Assembly: GCA_951406725.2 (NCBI GenBank) | Contig: OX597832.1 | Span: 52,390,001 to 52,454,000 of the forward strand | Length of the DNA stretch: 64,000 bases | From: Octopus vulgaris | Taxonomy: Eukaryota | Direction: 5' to 3' | In this document: positions 55,001-64,000 of the stretch, in pieces | How the letters are laid out: each line of letters opens with the position of its first letter | How positions within the stretch are numbered: position 1 is the stretch's first letter | Position numbers and translations under genes: made by a program | The notes under the pieces: model-generated | What the model saw: the letters and a program-made list of their open reading frames with translations, nothing else | Told to the model about the DNA's origin: nothing | Database searches by the model: none

Positions 55001-55547
55001 TTTTCTAGTTGACCCCATCCCACTTTTTGGGTCCTTCATCAGCAGAACCACCGCTCCTAGACTCACAGAATTAGGAATTCTTCCGTTCTGCTACCAGTTG
55101 CGGTAGATGTAGACATCTGCCAAGAGGCTGTCAAACAAGTCTGGAATATAAAAGTAAAGTTTGTAGGGCAGACCATCCAAACCAGGTGATTTGCGCCCTC
55201 GACCCGTGAAGCCCATCATCGCATCCCGTATTTCCGCCGCTGTTAATATTATTTAGCAACGCACCGGTTCCTTTGCCGAGAGTCGTGGCATGTCATCGAC
55301 GTAGACACTGAAATTCATCCTATGTTTCGGACCACCATTTGTCCCAAAACAACTGAGCGAAGTGCTGTTGAAATGCCGCACACATCTGCTCGAGTTTGAG
55401 TGCCGCGCGCCCATTTTGATCTATCAAAAACCGAATTGTGGATTTGTTTCCATGTCGCGCTTCTGCCACTTGGCTCCATCGAGCGGCTTTCGTTCTCATG
55501 TTTCTTAGGGCACGATCTTATTTCTGACAATGCATCCTTCGCGCTTA

Positions 55548-56254
55548 CACGAGGACATAAAAGAAAATACCGGACAATATTGAACGTGAAGTTCTGCTGG
55601 ATAAATATGGAATCGTCGTGAATAAAGGACCCCCAAAAAGTAAGTGATGCTGCTTGTAGTGGAGCAGGGGGTCTTTTCGGTTTGAACGGCAGTTTTTAAC
55701 ATAATTTCTAGGTAACTAAAAAATTTTAAACTTCGTATACTGGTAGAATGTGTTTATAAAACATCTTTATCTCTTGGCTTTATTGAGAAAATTCTATAGT
55801 TTGTAAGATATTTGTTGTTGTTTTTTCTTCAATTTCTGCAATTTCAACCTATCAATGACGTCTATTGGGGTAAAAAACATTCTGTGCCGTATGAATATGT
55901 CCCTCGTTTAAGAAACAGATTGGGTTTATTTACATTTGTGAAGAAAAAAGATACCCTTTCCCCCATCCCTAACCCTAACTCTAACCCTAACCCTGAAACA
56001 GGTTGAAATGCAATAGATCGATACTAGGGTCATAATTGTGGGTGACAATTTCATATGACACCGCTAGAAAAAACTACCGTTCAAACCGAAAAGATCCGGA
56101 AGAGGCAGCTCATTTCCATTTTTTCATTTCATATTATCATTTTATAATTTAATAATTTTATTTGTAATTTTATTTTAAGTTTTGTGTTATATCTCCCCAC
56201 ATGTTTTTGTGTTGTCCCATCCATATTGGCCCCTTGTGGGCAATAAAAAAAAAA
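55548..56254 (+). mobile_element. 5'-truncated poly(A)-tailed retroelement with 20-bp TSD
   Basis: CAATGCATCCTTCGCGCTTA (55528-55547) / CATTGCATCCTTCGTGCTTA (56255-56274); ends ...gccccttgtgggcaat followed by an A-run. Confidence 0.7.
55669..56097. mobile_element. Merlin-like MITE, copy 3
   Basis: Same TIRs; TSD GGAGCAGG / GGAAGAGG; internal (CCCTAA)n. Confidence 0.85.
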
Positions 56255-56789
56255 CATTGCATCCTTCGTGCTTAGCGCTGAAGAATTGGTCTAGGGCCAA
56301 TTTCGACGCCAGCATGACGTTTTGCGATGCCTTTCCTAAGCGCCTCTTCTAAGTTTCTAAGCTTCCCTGTATTCCATTCCTGCTGCTGTTGCTGCTGCTG
56401 CTGTTTCTATTGTTGCTGTTGTTATTGTTGTTGTTGTTACTACTGCTGCTGCTACTGCTGTTGTTGTTGTTGCTGTTGCTATCTGTGTTTTGTTTGGCGA
56501 CCACATGGTGGGAACACAATGTCATAGCAGCTGTTCCAAGAAGTCCTCGCTTCTTTCGATTTGGGAAGTTTTGTTGATATTTTTTTTTTGTTTTAAAATA
56601 TTAAATTTGTAATTTTAAAGAGTGAATTCTTACCAGACCAGCTCGCTTCTTCTTGCACCAAGCTGGGTCATTTAGTTAACAGTTCAAAAAGATTAGGTAT
56701 ACCAACTAATTAAACAACAAATTTTGAAGAAAGCTTACTAGCTACAAACTAGTGTCCTCTTGTTCCAGATACGAACATTAATAATAATG

Positions 56790-56851
<62 letters not shown>

Positions 56852-57424
56852 TATGATAATAAATACCCTGATGCAGTACCAGGCAGTGGCTCTCATGGCT
56901 TCTTATCTTAACTGATTGGAAGTGTTATCATGTACAGTGTTATGTCTTGGTATAAAAGATGGGCTACAGCAAATATTCTGCTCAAAACCACAGATTTGCT
57001 TGTCAGTTGTTTGACCTTAACCAGTTGAGCATGTCCCTTAGTGGCTGACGATATGTGCATCTCTGATCACGAGCAGAAGTAGTGGAGGAGCATCATAGCC
57101 ATGTGTTGAGAGGGATTCTTTGGGGTTTGGATAATTCACCTTTGGAAACACGGGTGTTTCGTTCAACATCCTTAAACAACTCTTATTCAGGGACCTTTTG
57201 AGCGAGATGGGTTACTCGACCAGAAGAAAATTCTAACCTGCAAGGTCATGCGCTGTTTATCTTGATATGAGATCACCATGTCGCGCATATATGGTTGTGA
57301 TGCATGTGCCCAGTGTACCCTTATCAGACGGGTAGTCATGATGGGTATACTGGGCTTCGTATATTTTACCCCAGTGTCACTTTGATGACGTGCACTGCTC
57401 TCTCACTCAATAATAATAATTAAC

Positions 57425-57775
57425 ACTTTGCAACAAGTATGGACTTGACAGAGCAAAAAATTAGAACGACCACAAACCTAAAGGCATTGTCGAAAATAGA
57501 AATGCAAAGGTCCTATGGGATTTTATGATTCAGTGCGACCATAAATTGAGAATAGGAAGCCGGACATAGTCTTAAATGAGAAAGAAAACAAACTATGCTG
57601 GTTCATAGATATAGCATGCCCAGCTGACAACAAGGTATGCGATCAGGAAGAAAGAAAAGTCGAGAGATATGACAGGTTAGCTTAGGAAGTTAAGCAGTTG
57701 TGGTCGATGAAAAAGGTAGCAGTAGTACCAATAATTATCGGAGCCCAGGGAACAGTGAGCAAAAATCTAGAGAAA
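57425..57775 (+). mobile_element. R4-like restriction-like endonuclease remnant
   Basis: VLWDF.IQ.D...NRKPDIVL...IDIACP...ERKVERY..L...LWSMKKV.VVPIIIGA.G. Confidence 0.75.
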
Positions 57776-60430
57776 AGAGGGACGAAATGCTGCTAAGCAT
57801 TTTGCCCGGCGTGCTAACGATTCTGTCAGCTCGCCGCCTTCAATAATAATAATAATCCTTCTATTATAGGCACAAAGCCTGAAATTTGGTGGGGGGAGTG
57901 GGGAGTCGATTACATCGACCCCAGTGTTTCACTGGTATTTAATTTATCCACCACGAAAATATGTAAGGTAAAGTCGACCCCGGTGGAATTTGAACTTACA
58001 ACGTAGCGACGGGTGAAATACTGCTAAGCAGTTCATCTAGCAGGCTAATGATTTTGCCAGCTCGCCACCTTAATAATAATAATAAGAGCACTCTGATAGG
58101 GCAAACCTCCCAACGATTAGCCGGAGATGATTTTTAAAATGAGAATATCTGCTCTCACAAACGAGAATATTAAAAATGAACCCAACCGCTCTCAAAAATT
58201 AAGAAAAAAAAAAATTTTTTTTTAACCAGGAAAAATATTCCAGAGTCCTTGTTCGGTACCGAATCGATCCCAAAATTTAATTAGTTTGTGCCAGTTATGA
58301 GGCCAAACAACCCTGAAAGTTTCATCCGAATCCATCCAGCGGTTCTTGAGTTATCTTGTCCAAGGACAACAAACAAACAAACACGACTGAAAACAATACC
58401 TCCGCCTTAGCGAAGGTGGAGGTAATAATGTCTTTATTTGCCAGAAGGGCGTAGAATGAAACAAAACACTTCAAAGCTGCAAACGCACAACGGACACACG
58501 TGAGTTGACTAACGGGAGTTGAACTGTGACAGTGAAATGTTTCAAGCTGCCTAATTTACTAACCCTTGGGGGCAAGTGATGGCGGTGGGGTCGGTCTTCG
58601 AAAAGAAGTCGAGTGGAGTATGTCACTTGAAAGTGATATTCATTGTCGATGCAATCCTGTGCTAGTGTCAGAACCCGAACCGATTGCTTATTTCTTTACT
58701 ACCCACAAGGGGCTAAACACAGAGAGGACAAACAAGGACAGACAAACGGATTAAGTCGATTATATCGACCCCAGTGCATAACTGGTACTTAATTTATCGA
58801 TCCTGAAAGGATGAAAGGCAAAGTCGACCTCGGCGGAATTTGAACTCAGAACGTAGCGGCAGACGAAATACGGCTACGCATTTCGCCCGGCGTGCTAACA
58901 TTTCTGCCAGCTCGCCGCCTATCGGCTTGCTGCTTGGTACCGTGGAGGCCTTGCTTAAATATTGCTGGTTTTATGCCAAAATTTGTAACAGTTATTTGGG
59001 ATGGAAACTATTTTTTTGATGGTGCAATAAATTAGTTCCTGCTATAAAGGAACTAGTTGCTCAGCAATGGAAACAGGTTTTAGAAACTAAGGGTTCGTTA
59101 AGGTCTTTGAGAGGGTACGGTTGGGGAAGAGTGTGACCAGATGCCATTGCATCACATAGTTTCCCTTGCCGACCCGCTTCCATTTCCATCCCTGTAGCTA
59201 CTCAAGGAAGAATGTTCTGAAACCTACAGTCTAAAAAAAAAAATGATTAAAAATGCTGTTTTCTGCTTTATTAATCTCCCCCTTATGAGCCATACTAAAT
59301 CTCTAATTCCCATCAAACTATCCCAGTGAATACTTACTGGCCTCACCTCACAATCCTATTCATGAGGGCCATATCACTTTAAGGCCGTAATAACTTCCGA
59401 GGAACAAAATAACACACTGAAGTATGGCAATACGCCACGAAGATGGTTATTGCAAACAATTTCAACCACAACAGTTGCTGTTGTCTGTGAGTCTCAATCT
59501 AAAGGTATTTCGTTGTTGATTCATCAATCAAACTTAGCAATCAACAAGACACCGTTTCACCGTGGAATCCTTTCTTCTTCGGAACATTTCTTTCAACTAA
59601 TTTTTTCAAAGCATTTCCAAATACTTAAAAAAATTTCTTCATTTCTGCAGTTAAAAACAATTTCCTTCGTTATTGTAGCAGTTATTCTGACTGTCATATC
59701 TTCCACAATCTTTCCTTGTTTGTTTTTGTTTTTTTACAATATTATAGCCAACACATCCTATTCCAATTTAAAAACCAAATTCACAAAAATACAACGCTAT
59801 TGGTATACGTTTTTCAGTCATGTAGTTAAGAAGTGTCTTCTGCTATAGCTTCAAGTCGACCAAAGCCTTGTGAGTTGAATTGTTTGTTCCTTCTTGAGCC
59901 ATGCCTGGCTCATAAGGGTTAAGGGTGAGCGGGGACGAGAGGGTGTTTTTGCCTGCACGTGACTACACAGGCACTTAAAGAAATTAACGAAAGCATGGTA
60001 TGTGCTACGAATCTACACTTGCTCACGAATGACGACTGAGTTTACCTGTTGAGGTGTGTGTAGGGTACGAGTAGAGAAAGGGTCTAAGAGCGACTCTGGA
60101 GGTTGATGACTATCAGAGCAGTCTCTTAATGAAACTTTCAAGTTAGGGACTATTCACAACTTCCAAATGGTCCTTCGCATGGCAGTGCTACAATGGATAG
60201 GAGGAAGAGGCATTACCTGTTCGAGAAAACTCTATGGACACGATAGTGTCAACAGTCGAACTTGACCGAGATGCGCGCAAGGATCGGAACCGTTTGGCAA
60301 GCTATCATACAATGAGCCAGTCGTTGAAGGTAAAAATGTCACTATCCTCTGGGATTTTCCAGTCAACACCGACAGAACGATCCAGGCTAATCGACCAGAC
60401 ATAGTCATTAAAGACAGGGAAGAAAATACC

Positions 60431-60569
<139 letters not shown>

Positions 60570-60735
60570 TTCCTTCTTTCTTCAAATTTTCTTCTATTTC
60601 TCGCCGAGTGTTTTCCGTACACTTAGGGCAGAGAAGTTCATTGTATGCATTCCCAGATTACACACGCAAATTCACAGGTAAAATATGAATCTAAAAAAAT
60701 TAATAAATAAATAAATTCATGAATGGATGTTGTTT

Positions 60736-61052
60736 TCATAGCGATAATGCTCTTCTCAGTACATGAGTCGTTCCAGTTAACACGATTTTTTGTACTTCCT
60801 GTAGGGATGGTAAGCCTGGTATCATTTTCAAGTAGGTTTCAGTGCCTTTTTTTTTAATCATTGCTAGAGATCCTACAATCACTGGTATTGTAGTCGCCTT
60901 GAGATGCCACATTTTTTCAATTTCTATTAGCAAGTATTTATATTTACTGATCTTGTCAAATTCTTTCGCCGCTATATTGTGATCGCAAGGATTATTCATG
61001 TCAGTTAATAAACACACCTTTTTTGTCTGATCTTTTAAAATAATATCCGGTT
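60736..61052 (-). mobile_element. R4-like RLE 3' end
   Basis: KPDIILKD...LLTDM..P.D.NIAAKEFDKISKY..L.IEIEKMWHLK...IPVIVGSL...QKIVLTGTTHVLRRAL*. Confidence 0.8.
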
Positions 61053-61069
61053 TTATTATTATTATTTTT

Positions 61070-61132
<63 letters not shown>

Positions 61133-61460
61133 TTTATTAAGTTGATAAGCTGTAGAATAGTGAGTGCGTCGGACAAAATGCTTAACGCCATTTCTTCCGA
61201 GTCATTGCGTTCTGAGTTCGAATTCCGCCAAGATCGACTTCGCTTTTCATCCTCTGGGGTTCAATAAAATAAATACCCGTTGGGCACTGGCGTCGATGTA
61301 ATCGACTCGCTCCTTCCATCAAAATTTCAGGCCTTGTGCCTATAGTAGAAAGGATCATTACTGCTGTTATTCGAGCGGGGGGAATAGTTACAATGCTGGG
61401 AAAGGATCCGAACTAGGTGTACATGATTAAAAATTACAGACCCATAACTTTACTCCAAAT

Positions 61461-61800
61461 TTGCCATCAAGATGTAGGACAAGATACTGTGATAGCCTGG
61501 GCTTCAGAGGTCCACAGCTCTTCAATATCCTCCCAAAGGACCTGAGAGACCTGCATGGGGTGGATGCAGATGTCTTTAAAATAAAACTGGATCTCTTCCT
61601 GTCAGGTGTCCCAGATGAACCAACTTCACGGCAGGAGGTGCAGATGAGGTCAGCTGCATCGAACTATCTCATGCACCAAATGGCAATTGCTAAAACGCAT
61701 TCGTGAAGTTAAAAAAATGTAGCAACACTGAATGGCGGTGCCCCGGCATGGCCACAGCTCGTGAGCTGAAACTAGATAAAAATATAAAAATATAAAATAT
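61461..61800 (+). mobile_element. CR1/L2-group LINE 3' end
   Basis: GPQLFNILPKDLRDL...FKIKLDLFLSGVPDEP; tail ggcggtgccccggcatggccacagc...gctgaaac followed by (ataaaa)n. Confidence 0.75.
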
Positions 61801-62959
61801 ATATATTTGAAGATTTTAGGAAAGGTGCTTGCCAAGAGGTTGACGCTTATTATCAGCAGTGTTGTGGAAGACGCGCAAATCCGTGCGATTCCCAGCAGGT
61901 CAATCCATCACAATCCCCGCCTAATGTAAGACATCATAGAACTTTCTCGAGTCATGCTGACTCATAAGGGCCAGTGTCCCGCTTTCCATGGCATACAAAT
62001 TTCCCACCTGAACAGGACGTCGGTCCGTCGCAGGATTATTTATTTTTGTTAGCTGAATGAACTGAAACAAAGAGGAATGAAGTGATTTGCTCAAGAAATT
62101 AACGCGTCGCCCGGTCCAGGAATCGAAACCCAATCTTATGATCATGAGTTCAACACCGAAAGCACTAAGCCACGCGCCTCCACACATCATAGAACGGTTG
62201 GGAATAGATGTGACTTTGTCGGAGCACTGGTCTGGATCATTCCAAGATATTTGACAGGATAGACCACATCTCCAAGACAAGCTCTTCAGGTATGAGTGCG
62301 CCAACAGCCGAACCGAGATGTAAGCAGGGGTACGAAAGTGTTCTGCATGCAATCGTTAAGTGCCCGTGAGTTAGCGATGTGTGGACTTGTGTCAAACAGC
62401 TGTTGCCTCCCGTGAGACGAATCCGGCTGTCTTTCGAGTGTATAGCAAAAACCGATGCGCTGCCTTCCTTTGGCAAGAGAAGGGAGGTAGATCTTTCTCT
62501 GCTTAGAGGCTGTGGCGAAAGCGGTTGTGTGGTGGACCCGTCTGAAAGGTTTGAGAACAGGCACTTTCCTGTCTGGCCAAGCAATCGTTAATTTCTTCGA
62601 GTATCATTTGAAAAAGAAGGTGAGGGTATAGGGGAAGGTGTTACCTTCTAGTGTTTTTATCGAAAGCTGGATGAGAGGAACAAGACCAGTGAGTCTAAAT
62701 GGGCCTACCCTGGGTATGTTTTCTTTTTTCTTAGTAGGAGAAAAGAAACTGGAAAAAGACAGGTTTGATGTCCTGGGGATGACAGAATGATCCAGGCCTT
62801 TTTGCACGGAGCTTTCCCCGAATACTCTACTTGGACTACTCCGCTGTTGAGAATTCTATTTTCATTTCTGAATTCTATGTTTATTTTTGAATTCTATTTT
62901 TATATTTATTTTGTTTTCTCCTTGTTGTCGGTTCGCTTTTGATCGACGTAATTCCCACC

Positions 62960-63480
62960 CTATTGTTAGTTAGTTAGTTAATTAATTTTTGGGCTCAAAA
63001 GGCAAAAAGCAAGGCCATGTAGGGGGACATGGAGTTATGTACAGGGTGGTGTTCATGTAAAGAGTTCAGGCCACTTGTGATCAAGGGAGACTTTGAACCG
63101 AGCTGTCGTCGGCATCTTCACTATCTCGTCTGGCAGCTTATTCCACGGATCCGCATCCCGGACGGAGAAAGCCCCTCTCCTTCGATTGAGATTAAATCGT
63201 CGCAGATAGAGCTTTTCGGAGTGACCCCGCAGCCGACGCTTTGGAGCAGGAGTGAAGAACAGCTCTTTCGAGAGGTTACACTTTCCGCTTATGATGTTGT
63301 GAGCAAGAATGAGATCACCACGGCGTCGTCGTTTTTCTAGAGAATAAAGGTCGAGCGTCTTCAACCTTTATTCATAAGACAAATGCTTGAGACCAAGAAC
63401 CATGCGGGTAGCCAGCTTCTGGACTCTTTCGAGATGCTGTATGTATTTGAGGAGATAAGGAGAAGAGTGTTGTATTTTGT
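62960..63480 (-). mobile_element. CR1-clade LINE 3' end
   Basis: LDLYSLEKRRRRGDLI...LRGHSEKL...RRGAFSVR...WNKLP; (TAAC)n tail. Confidence 0.8.
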
Positions 63481-64000
63481 CCTTTCATATTGTCCTCAAT
63501 GTCTTAAAACCTCGGTGGGGGGGGGGGGTAAAAGAAATCAGCAGCAGCAGCGACAGTAGCAGCAGCAGTAGTGGTAGCAGTGAGATGGCAAGCTGGCAGA
63601 AACGTTAGCACGTTGGGCAAAGTGCTTAGCGGCATTTTGTCCGTTTTTTACGTTCTGAGTTCAAATTCCACCGAGGTCAACCTTGCCTTTCATCTTTTCG
63701 GGGTCGATAAAATATGTACCAGTTGAATACTGGGGCTTGATGTGATCGACTTATCCTCTTACCCTAAATTGCTGGCCTTGTGCCAAAATTCAAAATCATC
63801 ATCATCATCATTTTTAGGACAGTAGTTGGTGACAAGTCACAGTAGATTACTGGTATTTAATTACGTTCCTATACATTCGTTCTCAGTTCAAACTCTGTTG
63901 ATTTTTGTCTTCTGAACTCATAAAAGAGTCTCGCCCCAATCATATACTGATCGAACATATCAATTAAAATTCTTCCCTGCGTATTTGTTGGCGAGTGACG

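Larger units (their letters stand above)
52988..56760 (-). mobile_element. Decayed Tx1/L1-clade LINE with nested insertions
   Basis: Minus-strand fragments KSPGLDGLPY, RTIHDNLHL, LINLDQSK, SIR..CP.S.LLYVLAL, WAERKLS..G, FFRFL.KG, HLRRKVRVER...FVKKWVTVARMV; 3' tail ...aataaagaaaa at about 52990. The 5' boundary is approximate. Confidence 0.8.

Overview
AT-rich, microsatellite- and repeat-dense eukaryotic DNA. The SINE/LINE/microsatellite make-up suggests a cephalopod such as Octopus; this is inference. Genes supported: (1) the uninterrupted 3' end of a proteasome alpha-7 subunit (PSMA3-type) CDS at 2-280; (2) a FAM124-family gene on + with a large last coding exon (29850-30775), a 38-nt microexon (23630-23667) and a candidate start exon (14259-14278); (3) a convergent small gene on -, truncated in the ORF track, that assembles into a 119-aa secreted peptide with a signal peptide and 10 regularly spaced Cys. 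The rest is transposon debris: a decayed piggyBac, three deleted mariners, three Merlin-like MITEs, hAT and pogo-like MITEs, Tx1/L1, R4-like, RTE and CR1 LINE fragments, and many tRNA-derived SINEs. The most striking signal is an RNA-level system: a 354-bp, 1.3-copy, TSD-flanked element with a type I hammerhead ribozyme fold (non-LTR retrozyme architecture) at 14876-15351, two diverged relatives of a structured module in it showing compensatory base changes, and four more Penelope-type hammerheads. All calls were made by eye; no searches were run.
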